From: Octopus bimaculoides
Lineage: Eukaryota
NCBI RefSeq assembly: GCF_001194135.2
Contig: NC_068987.1
Location: forward strand, 94,958,449-95,022,448
Reading direction: 5' to 3'
Length of the DNA: 64,000 bases
Shown: one piece after another, positions 25,800 to 39,048 of the stretch
Layout of the letters: each line of letters starts with the position of its first letter
Numbering within the stretch: position 1 is the first letter of the stretch
Translations under genes and position numbers: made by a program
Notes under the pieces: generated by a model
Seen by the model: only the letters and a program-made list of their open reading frames with translations
Databases searched by the model: none
Told to the model about the DNA's origin: nothing

Positions 25800-26829
25800 C
25801 ATACATAAATAAAATATAATTTAATACACAGAGCGAAAGTGTTCTGTTACATATTTATCTGTATCGATATTACATCACCATCTCATATATACATTACAAT
25901 GCATATATCTATGTAAATATGTGTGTGTGTGTGTGTGTGGGTGTGGTTACCTGTCAGTGAGTGTTCGTGCGTGTGAATGTGGTTGGTTGATAAGTAAAAG
26001 TGGAGGATTTGCTTCTCCATACAAAAAAGAAATAACGTTGGAGTTTGCGAGTTTCAGCATAAAGAGAAAGCAACGTTCGATCGCTGTGATCAGCTGACTG
26101 ACAACTGTGTCTATTGCCTCATTTCGCAAGTGAGATACAAGATTGATTACTATCACTTGTTTTTACTCTACTCAAAATTCAAGCCCTCTCCAGTTTGAAC
26201 TTACAACATACAAGTGAAAAAAGGTTAGCATCGACGCTCTTCCGATTACGTTGCTCACTCCCGTTACTATCAACAATATTATTACTCATCTGTGACAGAA
26301 ACAAAGCTTATTTTATCGAAGAGATGATATCATATGTTTTTCTCTATGTAGATAAAATATTTTATTATATTCTATCTTCAACGATGTCAATAGCAATATT
26401 TTCTGCTTGAAGTATAGTTATGTCAATGAGGCTGTGTGCGTGTGTGCGCGCGCTTGTGTGTACATTCATACACCCACTCATATACGTGAACACACACACA
26501 CAAGAACCACAGTGTAGGTACCTTCTACAACAGCATCACATAAGCAACATGTATAAATGTCGCAAATATAGAAGGGCAATCGCTCAGAACAATGTAATAA
26601 TGCGTCGTCCAACAACACTGCAAGCCCAACAAATGGAAATGGAAAATATGGCACTGCCCCCCCCCAAAAAAAAACTTGACACTAATCAGTGTAATTAAAA
26701 CAGAGCCACCTGATGTTACCTCTCAAAAGAGTAGATGTTAAAAAAACACTACACCTGAACAATCATGTGTCTAATCATGTGACAGACCACATGACTAATC
26801 AGAAAGGTGCCAAATACCATTAAACATGG

Positions 26830-27310
26830 TGACCACCAATCCAGTGCTTTAGACTCATTGGTGCGTCCGTTCGAATTTGGTATCACCAAGTTCTTGTCTT
26901 TATGAGACATGAACAAGTAGGACATATTTTACAGTGACCTAAGGCCAATGCCATAGTCCATATCGAGATGCTGGATACAGTAGTCAAAGTTTTGATCAAG
27001 GTAATGGCTCAGTGTAGGTCTTACATGCTCCAGCAAGACTCACGTAGCCTCCCTAACCCAGAACATTTTAACGACCACGTGACCTCCACTATGTGGTCTT
27101 ATAAATCTACTTTCAACTCCCCTGGACTATTACATCTATGACGTCGTTCTTTCTACCAACTTGTGACTCCCTCTAATACCAAGGACTTGTTGAAGGTTGC
27201 CACTAGGGATGTGATAGATGACATGAACAAGAATCGCTGCATACAGTTGCTTCAAAAGCTGCATGAAGACCGTTGTTGAATATGAGGACAGGTTTATTAA
27301 ATCACTTCTC
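26830..27310 (+). mobile_element. Tc1/mariner-superfamily transposase remnant (maT/DD37D-like), heavily decayed
   Basis: HIEMLDTVVKVLIKVMAQCRSYMLQQDS..HFNDHVTSTMW..NSP.DYYIYDVV..NTKDLLK..DMNKN..VVEYEDRFIK resembles maT-type C-termini. Confidence 0.65.
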
Positions 27311-28704
27311 CAATAAATCGACTTGACTATGAATAGAATCTTCTGGACGACATGATTATTTGTGATGTGTCGTACGGCAGTTTATGATTGGCATCATTTG
27401 CAATGGTGATGACATTCGGGTTGCCGGCTATTCTTTCGTCAACCATGGAAAGGAGGAGTGATGGTCATATCGTCATGGAAAAAGTGGCCCATACCAAAAC
27501 GCAAACCGGAAATAATATTCATACCATTAACAGGCTCACGCACACGCACGAGTTGGGTCTTGTAATTAATAAAGCTTCGAGGATTAATCTAAGCAACTTG
27601 GAATTTCAATACGAGTCCCCTTATACGTTTGCATATATGAAAGTATGGATGTACATTCACAAGTGCAAATACACAGACACATTCATACCGACACTAAGAT
27701 GCACGCGCATGCGCCTCCCCCCACATCATTTGCCACCGAGTTCCGTGCTTGTTGATACAACTTTCCTTGAAAAATCTACACAGCGGCTATTTTAAATAGT
27801 CACACAAGTATATGGGGACTGCTGTATGGAGAAGGCGTTTAAACACTTAGATATTTCAGAAACAAAACACGAACAAAAATAAAACAAATAAAAACAAAGG
27901 AAATTTAAAAAAGATGAAGACAAACGCTAAAGTCTTTCCTCTCATTTGATATTAATAGTGAGTGATATGATATCGAATATACTTGAGTGAACACTTGTCC
28001 AGGTTATATCTAAATACAAGGGAATATAACAGAAAACAATAGGAAATTTGAGGAAATAATATTGGAATCGCTTTTCAAAGTAATTTTTTAAACGTTGAGA
28101 TGCGAATTGTTATAACTTGCATGGACTGTAGGAAATTGTTTACAATATATAAATATATGATACTGTTGATGCTGCTAATACTACTACTACTACTACTACT
28201 AATGTCTTCTAAATATTCTGTCATTTCTGTATGACTTTGAATACGTAGTAGACAAGAGAGAGAGCGACAAATTGATGGAATTGTCGAATTGAAAAGACAG
28301 ACGAGATGTGTTGATGTTCATTCTTCTCCTTATTATTAGCCTCTCATATAAAGTGAAATGATTTGGGGTCTGTAGTCTTGTTTTTACGACTTTGTTCCAG
28401 CAGACTGTTGCCAGTCGTTGTAGAGTGGCAGGCACTAAGCCAGAAATCAATACTGCCACACTGTTCAACTATTCCAGCTTTAACAAACAAGTTATTTTAA
28501 GAAAAGAAGATATCTTTAGGTAAAGATATCGCTGCCTAATATTCAATGCTATCGAGAGTTCAGCCGTGCGTGTTTGCTTAGTTTCTTATGTAGCATTCTA
28601 TATCACCAAAATGTGTTTATGTGTCAGTGTGTGCGCGCGCGCATAAAATTACTACTACCACCACCACCATCAACAACAGTAGCGACAGTGATACTAATTC
28701 TAAC

Positions 28705-28910
28705 TTTGGTACAAGGGCAGAAGTTGCGAAGGGAGTAAGTTAGTCGATTGTACCAAGCCCAACATTTGATTGGTACTTTATTCTATTAGCTCCCCCCCCC
28801 CACCGAAAGCCGAAGAGCAAAGTTAACACTGGCGGGAGTTGAACACAGAATGTAAAGAGGCTCAAAAATTACTGGTAAGCATTTTGTCCAACGTTCTAAA
28901 CGATTCGTCT
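28705..28910 (-). mobile_element. Degenerate SINE family A-like copy
   Basis: GTCGATT..TTGGTACTTTATT..CCGAAAG..GCAAAGTTAACACTGGCGGGAGTTGAAC..AAGCATTTTG, similar to 54055-54245. Confidence 0.6.
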
Positions 28911-29239
28911 CTGGCCACAGAATTGACTAAAAAACGGAGGATAGACTACAACGATACAACAGAGTGAGTGTTATATAAACAGCGTATAAACAATGCAAAG
29001 TCAACAATAGCAAAACAAACAAAGATCCTTTTCGCCACCAGAATTTCGAAGGTCACACGGAAATTTGTAGGGGTAAAAAAACCACTGTGAAAATTAAACG
29101 TTGCTATTTTCTCCTCCCTTTCAATCTGTCATTGCAGTTTCGCTAGAATAACTTCTCACTTTCGTATTTCTTTCCTGAATGCCATACTCGTTATTGTTTC
29201 TGATGCGGTTTGCTGTTACAGCAGGACTGTAGTTCTCTG

Positions 29240-29470
29240 GACTGGAGCTTCTGTCAGGCTCGAAGTGATCCAGAAGACAGTATTGTTGGGTACAGCTCGC
29301 ATTCTAAGGAAGGTACTATCTCTGAGTCACAGGAGTAGGCACTACTTGAAACCTTCGGTGATTTGTTATTGCCTGCTTTCAAGTAAAGTACAACCGCAAA
29401 TAGAACAGCGAGTAAGATTGCAAAGATAAAGCACTGTAGAAGAACAACAACAATAATAATAATAATTGCG
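29240..29470 (+). mobile_element. Dong/R4-type LINE extreme 3' end
   Basis: LEVIQKTVLLGTARILRKVLSL followed by a 3'UTR and an (AAC)n(TAA)n tail. Confidence 0.8.
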
Positions 29471-29919
29471 CTGCTTGGGACAGCTAGGATTTTGACATTC
29501 ATACTTTGATGGTAAATGTCTCCCACGATATTTAACAACCAGGTACCAAAGCTTATTAAGTGCGTAAAGAGACCCTGTGAGACCTCTGACACCTGGCTGC
29601 TTTCCGCTCTCACAGTCTATCAGAGCAAAGAAGATCGAGCGCTGAGAAGTAAAACAAGAACAACAACAGTAATAATCCTTTCTGCATTAGACACAAGGGC
29701 CGACAAAAAAAAAATTTGACATTAGAAATCATGGAGGACAAAGTGGAGTTTCATAAAATGTCATGTAAAAAGTCAATAATGGAAAATAAAATAAAGAAAA
29801 TGCCAAAACGAGGCAAATAACTCTGAGTTACTCATGGAGACCCCACGAAAACTCCACAAGCGCCACGACCACTAAGGCCACAGTGCTATCCCCATCTTTC
29901 TTTTTTTCTCTCAGCCTTG

Positions 29920-32900
29920 GAAACTCATTCACCGTTGACCACATTCACCCATCTTTTAACAAAATTGCTGGTAGTCAGCACTGCTCTCTCGACCCTCACT
30001 TTCTTTTTCAGATGGTATCTGAATAAAGCTGATGAGGGGTCGGCCAATGAAAAGAGTATTTGTCTTCAGCCTTTTCAGTTTAGACTACCACACAACCTCC
30101 TTCGCTGCAACCACGAGACAGAAGAAAATAGCGTTCCTTTGTCAGCCAAAGGAAGGCAGCGAGGTAATCTTCATGATGGAATCAGCCGGCAAGCGGACAC
30201 GTCCTACATGTGACAGCAGGTGTTCGCCATAAACCCATATATCAGAAATATTCGAGCACTGGACTAGTGCGTAGAGAAAGGTTCCGTCGCTCTGCGCACA
30301 TCTCGAGCAGGTCCCACTGACGGCATTTCAGTGCCTGTAGAGCTTATCACGAACAGGCAAAGCACTCCCTGTAACACTGCCAGGCGAGGGATTTCTGGGA
30401 GTTATTCATAGGCTCCGGCTCGAAAGTCCTCCGGAACAGACTGGCGATTTGAATTTCATCGACGCATACATAGTCTCTTCAAGAATGCCGTCGTTTCCTT
30501 TCATCACTAACTCTCTAAACAACGCCATAGAACTTCCACTAACTGCATTTCACGACTGGCTGAGAAGCTTGAGCGCCTTCCGACACTCAAGGTGCCAAAC
30601 GCCCAGCCTCAGTCAATGCTTGATCCAAGACTGCAGCTCACTCAATGAGATGACCTGCCGGGAAAGCGCAAACGTTGACCACAACTGCTTACCGTCGTCG
30701 AGGAAACGCTGGATGTGCCGCAGCCTCAGTGCATGTCTGCATATCAATAGCCACGGCATACCCCAGCCCACCGTTCATAGGGTGTTGACAGCAAATGGAA
30801 CTCCTGACCAGAGGAGTCCGTCACTTCCGTAAGAAGTGGAAAAGCAAACGTTTCAGCTTGATCAGGTACGAACTGGAGTAAAGCACGACGGTGAGGCGGT
30901 AGTAAATGACTGAGGCGACGTATGTGTTCACCACCTCTGCCCGACCTTTGAAGAGTAGCTTCCATTTGGCCCTATTCTGGGTGAGACTGGCTACCTTGTT
31001 CGTCACCTCTCCACTTCTTCTCCAGTTGGAGGTCTGGTTCAAATCAGACCGAGCAATTTTACGGGCCCGACCGTCCAATGGCCTACAACGCTGTCGGTCG
31101 GCATGGATCTGCCTCTTCAGGTGCCGAGCTGCAGGCCCACCGACTTTCCCGGATTAATCTTTGCTCCCGTTACTTCCTCGTATTCTTTCACCGTAGTGTT
31201 GACCAGATCTATGTGCTTGTCGTCTAACACTATGACAGTGACGTCGTCTGCGTATGCTGACACAACTCTCCAACATCCTAGTTCACGTGAGATGCCTTTC
31301 AACATCTCCAGTTTCCGAAGTAATGGCTCGAGGGTCAGTACATACAGAAGAGACGAGAGTGGGCACCCTTAACAGACCGAACGAACGATGTTGAATGATT
31401 CCGATAGGTGACCATTCACCCAGACCACCAAGCAAATGTCGCTGTACAGCGATCCAACCGCGAAAAATCGGCCCGAAGCCGGCCGCTGTGAGAACAGCTG
31501 CCAGATATTCATGGTCAACTTATCAAAGGCTTTTGACTGTTCTAAATTGATCAGAGCTCCACCCATGACAGGTTTCTTAATTACCCTATCCATGATGCAG
31601 CGCATGAGGTGGAGGTTGTCGTGGATGGACCTGTTTGAGACGGCGCATGTTTGTGTGTCTCCAACTAGTTTCTCGACGACTAGCGCCAACCTCTTTGCTA
31701 ACACTTCGGCCAAAATTTTCATGCCTTAAAATTATCTAATACGCACCTCCTTGTTTGGATCCTTTCTCAGCAGTAGCACTGCTCCTCGACTCACAGATTT
31801 GGGAATTCTCTCATTTTGTTGCCAGTTGCAGCAGATATCTGCCAAGAGGCTTGCAAATAAGTCTGGCGTACTAGAATAAAGCTCATGCATCCCATTATCT
31901 CTTCCCGTATTTCCTCAGTTGTTATCGGCTTTTTGCAACACTCTGACTTGCTGAGTGTCGTGGCAAGCCATCGCGGTAGGTAGTGAAATCCATCCTGCTA
32001 TCTGGCCCACCGTTCGTCCCGGACAATGCGGAAAAATGCTGCTGAAAAGCCGCACACATCTGCTCCGGCTCGTTCACCATACACCCATTTTGGTCAACCA
32101 TAGACCGAATGGTGTTTTAGTTGCCATTTGCCCTTCAGCCGCCCGGGCCCATCGGACAGCTTCGGTTCCCTCTCGTCTCAGCACGTGCCTTAGCTCTGAC
32201 AGTGTAAACTTGGTGCTTGGCGTTGAAGTGTTCATCGGGGACCAACCTCGCTGCCAGCAAGTCAGTTGTGCCTTTCCTAAGTGCATCTTCTTACTCACTA
32301 AATCATCCTCTAATCTATTTCTTTCTACAGTTAAAATTTTGCTAAATCTGATTCTACTTTGATAGCTCTTTTTTAGGTTATACCACCATTTATTTTTGAT
32401 GATTGCCTCCGTCAAAGCTTTCTGAACCAACTCTTTAATTCGGTCTCTGTAGGCTTGGCACGCAGGAAGTGACGTGTTCAGCTTCCAGTAGCCGGGACTG
32501 TGTCTATGTATCCTATCTAAGTCGATCTTACAGGTCACCAATTTGTGATCTGTGTAGCCGATGATTTGAAATTGTGGACAACTAATACTATCCCAACCTA
32601 AAGACCTGCAAAATACTCTATCTAGATACGATCTGGATGTTCCGATGTGGTCTGCCCATGTCCACATTGGCACATTCGGGAAATCCAGTCGGTACCTGTC
32701 AGACAGTTGAAAGTGTCTAAGCATGTTTGCGTGGCTTTTGCAATCCCCTTTCCTATCGGCTGGCCCCACACAATGCAATTGCGCATCTAAGATGGTGTTG
32801 AAATCACCCACTAACACTAAGGTCAAGGACTACCCAGGAAGACCTCCAGAAGCCAGAAGTATTCCGGCTGTCGTTCGTTCACCTGTCGGTGCGTAAACAG

Positions 32901-33238
32901 CCACCAGTCTAAAGGCCCCCACTGTTACTACCGCACATGTCTAGGACTACCAGCTTACCTTCTGACCTTATTTTGAGATCCAGAACTTTCCGAAACAATA
33001 CTGCAGTACCCCCGCCACTCATTCCTCACCGACACGGAGATGCATTCATCTCGTAGTCATCAAAAATAGGCGTGAAAGCTCGCGGTTCGGTTAGTCTGAA
33101 TTCAGTAATGGTTGTTACATCTATTGCTCGTGACCTGTGGTCGTTGAGCAGGTCACCTTGTTTCCAAAAGGACTCCAAGGCACGTACATTAATGCAACCT
33201 ATTTTGAGTGTGACCATTTGAGTGGCTGGTAAAGACAA
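29920..33238 (-). pseudogene. Tx1 ORF2 (APE endonuclease + reverse transcriptase + zinc knuckle), disrupted
   Basis: LKIGCINVR, TITEFRL, LVLVGDFN, YLDRVFC, YTDHKLV, GYWKLNTSL, KILAEVLAKRL, EQSKAFD, SAYADDVTV, CSRC..LVQC; multiple stops and frameshifts. Confidence 0.9.
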
Positions 33239-33894
33239 AAAGGAGAAGGCTAATTACTATTAGCACTCTGGGGTGGGAGCGGGGCAGATATCGCGCTCTT
33301 TAAGTGTGGTGTAGCGGTCTCCATGACCCAGAATTTATAGAAAGGATCCAGGACACTTTCGAGTTGAAGTCTCCAACCGCCAGTGGAAATTTGGATTTTA
33401 TGCTGCACTATGTATGTTGCAATGTTCGAAGTATCTGTATATGTAGTGGCGATGTGTTAACCGTGGAAGGAAACAAAGTCATTTTGATGTCTGTCTTTTT
33501 TTTATGTATAATAGTAAGTTTGTGTTGTCTGTGTTTATGGCAGTGAGTTTTGTGGTGTTTTTGCTGTTTTCGTTTACTNNNNNNNNNNNNNNNNNNNNNN
33601 NNNNNNNNNNNNNNNNNNNNNNNNNNNNNNNNNNNNNNNNNNNNNNNNNNNNNNNNNNNNNNNNNNNNNNNNNNNNNNNNNNNNNNNNNNNNNNNNNNNN
33701 NNNNNNNNNNNNNNNNNNNNNNNNNNNNNNNNNNNNNNNNNNNNNNNNNNNNNNNNNNNNNNNNNNNNNNNNNNNNNNNNNNNNNNNNNNNNNNNNNNNN
33801 NNNNNNNNNNNNNNNNNNNNNNNNNNNNNNNNNNNNNNNNNNNNNNNNNNNNNNNNNNNNNNNNNNNNNNNNNNNNNNNNNNNNNNNNNNCATA

Positions 33895-34680
33895 TTCGGG
33901 AAGCGGGTAGTTCCAGTGGGTCGAATTTTGCTGATGCTTTCTGTTCCTCTGGCAACAGCTGCGCTGTTGGTGTTTTTGTAGGCGCTGTGGTGGTGGTGGT
34001 GGTGTTTTTGCTGAAGCTCTCTCGGCTGCCTTTTCTTGGAGTTTCTTCTCTTCTTGGGGTTGCTTTTGTTGTTGTGATGTGGACGGTGCTTGTATCAAGG
34101 GGGTAGTGCCCTCCTGTTTTAGTTGTGAGCAATAAAGATTTCAGGTGGTTATCCTGTCCGCATTGATAACGTCTTGGCCTTCTGCCCTCAGCTGTTGACG
34201 TTTAGCACGGTGCCGCCTGGAAGGCTGAGTTAGTCAGGAATTTGTTCCAAAACGTCTTGGTTTATCTGGACCATTATTTGCAATTCCTGACCAGTCCGGT
34301 TGAGTTTTCCTTGTTTCTCGACTTGGATGGTTCTGATTTTATCTTCCAAGTCGAGGGGGACGGCTGCAGCAATCCAGCAAGCGTTCATTTCTGGTGGTAT
34401 CACCAGTATTTTTATCTTGGCGACGCGCCGTCCCAAGTATGTCGGAACTAGGACAAATTCACTGTTTCTCAGCTGGGCTATTGAGTACTGTTTTGCTACG
34501 TCTTCTGTAGCAAATATGACTTCAGTTGTGCAATATTTCTTACCCCACGACAGATATATCACGTCTTTCCAAATGGGTTGCAAGCATTTTTCAACCGCTT
34601 GCTTTGTGGCAGTTTGTAAATATCTATTTTTTAAAGATATAGTTTTGTACACTATGGTACGTTTGTTTGTATTGTCTATA
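33895..34680 (-). pseudogene. Tx1 ORF1 (gag-like) remnant
   Basis: 140-aa ORF at 34230-34652 upstream of ORF2, followed by a degenerate knuckle (RYQCGQDNHLKSL.C) and a Thr/Lys-rich low-complexity tail. Confidence 0.65.
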
Positions 34681-34683
34681 ATA

Positions 34684-34840
34684 GGAGTGGCTGTGTGGTA
34701 AGTAGCTTACTTACCAACCACATGGTCTCGGGTTCAGTCCCACTGCGTGGCACCTTGGGCAAGTGTCTCCTACTATAGCCTCGGGCCGACCAAAGCCTTG
34801 TGAGTGGATATGGTAGACGGAAACTGAAAGAAGCCCGTCG

Positions 34841-34895
<55 letters not shown>

Positions 34896-35073
34896 TTGGT
34901 GTCTGTGTTTGTCCCCCCAACATTGCTTGACAACCGATGCTGGTGTGTTTAGGTCCTCGCAACTTAGCAGTTCGGCAAAAGAGACCGATAGAATAAGTAC
35001 TAGGCTTACAAAGAATAAGTCCTGGGGTCGATTTGATTCGACCGCAGTCAAATGACTGAAACAAATAAAAGAG
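34684..35073 (+). mobile_element. tRNA-derived SINE family B, near full-length, TAATA target duplication
   Basis: A-box TGGCTGTGTGGTAAG, B-box GGTTCAGTCCC, internal (TA)n(TG)n, and TAATA at 34679-34683 and 35074-35078. Confidence 0.95.
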
Positions 35074-35773
35074 TAATATCTGGAGGTATGTTTATCGAAG
35101 CACATCATTCACTTTTTATTTTTAAAATGTTTCTGTAGTCTTTGTGAGATTCTACAGAAACATTAATGAATTCACTTCTAGGTTTTTCCATTGAAGCAAA
35201 ACCTCGGTTATTTAATGCATTTGGTAGTTGTTGAGTGCTCAATGTTTGTGTTAGTGGTGGTAGCAGGAGGACTTGGATTCACAGGTGTTGCGATGCCAGC
35301 CAGCGTCCATTAGCTGAATTTCCTTGCTCTTTACCTCTCATTCTTCGCGTTTCTTTTCCTTCTGTTGCACAGCGTTGCACGCGCAAGCAAGACTTTGGTC
35401 TTCCCTCTGTCTTCCTTTAAGGCGCGGAGTGGGTGGAGACAATTTTCAAATTCTTTTGGCTGTTTCCCGACAGCAGAGTGGGAAATCAAAAAGAAAGGAA
35501 GAGCTGACACTCTTTTCCAAAGACACTTTTACAAATTTTAAAATTGAAACACGAAAAAAATTGAAAATTTAAATTGAAAATTCTCCCCAAATAGAGAAGA
35601 GTCCCGCCTAACCGCTCAGCTCAGCAAGAGCCCAGTCGGCCTGCCCACAGAAATGTTAAATTTTTCAGATGCAACATTATCTGTAAAAACTGAACAAAAA
35701 CTTACAGCTCACGAACAAACGCCCTTCCTCTTTGAAATCTATGACCAGAGTCCAATAATAATAACAATAATAA

Positions 35774-36165
35774 TGGATGTAAGGTTTTAGCACCGGTAGA
35801 GTACAACTCAAGATATGACAGAGTTGGTCAATATCTACATTGGATAATGTGTGGGCATTATAAAATCAAAACTGATGGCATATAGTACAAACACCATCCT
35901 GAAGCTGTACCTGAGGGAAAAAGTAACTATTCTTTGGGACTTGCCAGAATGTACAGATCGGACCATTAAGGCAAACTAGACATTGTTGTGAAAGACCAAA
36001 ACAATAAAGTTTGTTTATTGATTGACATGAGCATATCCTGTGACCATAATTTCTCGGCAAAAGCATTTGATAAGCTCAGAAAATATAAAGATATGGAAAG
36101 ATATCAGAAAGATATGGCATTTCAATACTGGTGATTATCGGAGCACTTGACAAAAATTTAAGGTG
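35774..36165 (+). mobile_element. Dong/R4-type LINE 3' fragment
   Basis: VLAPVEYNSRYDRVGQYLHW..TILWD..TDRTIKAN..DIVVKD..CLLIDMSISCD..KLRKYKD; preceded directly by a TAA-rich run. Confidence 0.75.
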
Positions 36166-36169
36166 GAGT

Positions 36170-36545
36170 ACTTGGGCAGACGTAATTAAATGGACAGAAT
36201 AAGATCGAAGCTATCAACACCTGAGCGGTTTCGCTCCTTAGATATGGATCAGGAGTAATCGCATGGATAGTAGACGAACTAAACAGCTTAGACAGAAAGA
36301 CAAGGAAGCTGCCAACTAGATATGGAACATTCCACCCAAAAAGTGACACAGACAGACTGTATGCACCAAGAAAAAGAGGGTGAAGAGGACTGATTGGATG
36401 CGAACAGAGCATTAAAGCAGAAGAAAACAACATAGCATGGTATGTAAAAAATGCCACAGAACCACTGTTATTGGAAGTAAGAAGACCAGGCTTGTGCAGG
36501 ATGGAATATTGTAAAAATAAAGCACTATACAAGTACTTGAGAATG
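36170..36545 (+). mobile_element. Dong/R4-type LINE fragment (post-RT region)
   Basis: LNGQNKIEAINT.AVSLLRYGSGVIAW..DRKTRK..FHPKSDTDRLYAPRKRG.RGLIGCE. Confidence 0.85.
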
Positions 36546-37489
36546 TATCTTTCACGATACTTAACACCTGAATACCAAATCTTATAATTTGTGGAAACAG
36601 ACCCTGTGAGACTTTTCACAACAAAATGCTGTCCGCTTTCACAGTATTAACCAGAGCACGTAAGCTCAAGAGCCACGAGAAATGATCACGATGATTAACA
36701 GTTTCCACCGCCATTAGTACTATGGCCATGATCACCATCTCATTCATCATGACCATCAGAATCCACAGGCCATCTGCTCCTGTATCGTAAACCCACCGCG
36801 GTCCCCCCTTCTATCACTACCCCAACTATATCACCACTTTCTCAACCAACTCATAGGATCAGATTGAACGACGAATATCAAAGGATAGCCGGAAAGTTAT
36901 GAAACATGAATAACAAAGATACAAAATGGATGCTATATTGGTTTTTATCATTTTGTTATTTGTATTTTATTTTATCACGTAGACAACTGGCGTCGCTTCG
37001 AAAACTATACATGCATATATAACCAGAGACATACGAACATATATACAGGCAGATATACGTGTGTGAGTGGGTGAGTGTGCGCATGTAAGTGAGGGATATA
37101 CGATAGGTTTTGTAACTTAAATCGCGTTCTTAAGACTTTTATAACAAACATGCTTTTCAGTTCTATTTTCTTAAAGAAGAAACGCCAGGTTGTATCTGCT
37201 TACAGGAATGATCCAGAGTCTAATGGACTTTACTGTAAAGTGCAATACGGTAAACGTTTCTGCTAAATGGTTGAAACTTTAGCTTGCTTGAAATAAAACC
37301 TTGTGATTGAGTGATTAAGCGCAGAATGCAGAGGAACGTACATGCGTTCGTGTGAACTGGAAGAATGAAACGTATATATATGCATGTATTCATGTATATA
37401 TATTGCATGTATGTATCTAAATAATTATTTATGTCTGACAAATATATAAAAATTGTGACAGCCATTATTGACTGTTACGAATATAAATA

Positions 37490-37497
37490 CACATATG

Positions 37498-37544
<47 letters not shown>

Positions 37545-37723
37545 ATAAATAAATACTATATATACACGTTTCTATGCATGTAAGTATGCATATAAATATA
37601 TATTTACCTATATACAAATAAATATCCCGACCTACATACATACATACACAAAAATATATATATGCGTATGTATGTGGGTGTATATGTATACATATATATA
37701 TATACACACACATAAGATATGTA

Positions 37724-37755
<32 letters not shown>

Positions 37756-37793
37756 CGTATATGCAGATAGATACATATTTCCGTGTGTATATA

Positions 37794-37834
<41 letters not shown>

Positions 37835-37850
37835 TACATACATACACACA
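37490..37850. repeat. Compound (TG)n/(TA)n microsatellite field
   Basis: Direct observation. Confidence 0.9.
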
Positions 37851-38059
37851 TTTATTAACAGATTTGTACTACAGTGCTTCATTTACGCATATCAGGTTAA
37901 ATATACAAAAAAAGCTTTTTAAAGAATTTTATATTAAGTCGCTTCTACTTTTCTCTGAGTATTTACAAATGTTTCTATCCTTGTATTTTACACACATATA
38001 CTTGCACATTTACGTTTATAACATTGTTTAAACCACCTCCCTTTGTATCACTTAATATA

Positions 38060-38110
38060 TTGACTCCGAAAGGATGAAAGGCAGGTTCGACCTGGGCAGG
38101 AAACGAAACC
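38060..38110 (-). mobile_element. Short SINE family A core fragment
   Basis: TTGACTCCGAAAGGATGAAAGGCAGGTTCGACCTGGGC matches the family A core. Confidence 0.55.
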
Positions 38111-38389
38111 AAAAGAAAGGCTTTAACGGCTCATGCAGCGGAGGGAGAGGTCTTTTTTTTACTTGTTTTGATGCTATATGTATTGCGTTCAAATCGAGTT
38201 TCCTTTCAATTCTAAGAAACGATGATAGGGCTGGGATTTCTTTATGCAAGATCAGATATATTTTAGTTAATCACTATCACCTTCCAGCATTGTAGGTGCC
38301 AGGGGATGTTCAAGTCTCGTGCCTTCAACCAATGAACGATGTTGATACGCGTTCACACGCTCATACATACATGCACGCACACATAAATA

Positions 38390-38433
<44 letters not shown>

Positions 38434-39016
38434 ACACACACACACACGCATGCACATACACACACAAATGAACGTTGTATTGTTTCAAACGAATGACTGA
38501 AGAGTACTCAATACAGGTTAAGTGTATGGTTTACTGAAAGTGACTAGAGTCTCACGCAACTGCATTTTCAAGCGAGAATTGTTACAAACCGTTTATTCTG
38601 GTGGTAGACTCATTGGTGTGAGTTTAGCCTGATCTTTCCGTCTATTTATTGGTCTGTGTTATAGGCTTTCTGATTGGCTACTATTTTTTCCCTGTCTCTT
38701 CATTGGTCATTTTTGATGGGGGTATCTATCTTTCTTTATTATTTATTCCAGATTTATTCAAGGCCATTCTTTAGATAAAATTTCGTGGATTCTTGAAGAC
38801 GATATATTTGGGAAGTGAGTTCAGCTGTAAAACTAATGAAGGATGGTTCTATTGTAAAAGAAGTTTCATGACTGAGGGATTTCGCTGTGGCTCCTACATA
38901 TTTTCTGTGTCAGTTCAATGAAAGCTAGTATTTAGAGAGTGTTTTTTAGTGCGTGCGTGTGTGTGTGTGTGTGTTTTTTCGGAGTAGGTAGATAGGTAGG
39001 TAGGTAGGTAGGTAGG

Positions 39017-39048
<32 letters not shown>

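Larger units (their letters stand above)
29675..35640 (-). mobile_element. Near full-length Tx1-clade (L1-like) LINE, decayed, with a SINE inserted in ORF1 and an assembly gap
   Basis: ORF1-like region, APE endonuclease, RT, CCHC knuckle and 3'UTR are colinear on the minus strand. The ORF1 frame reads PPDIIDNTNKRTIVYK across the SINE once the SINE and one TAATA duplication are removed. The 5' boundary is approximate. Confidence 0.85.
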
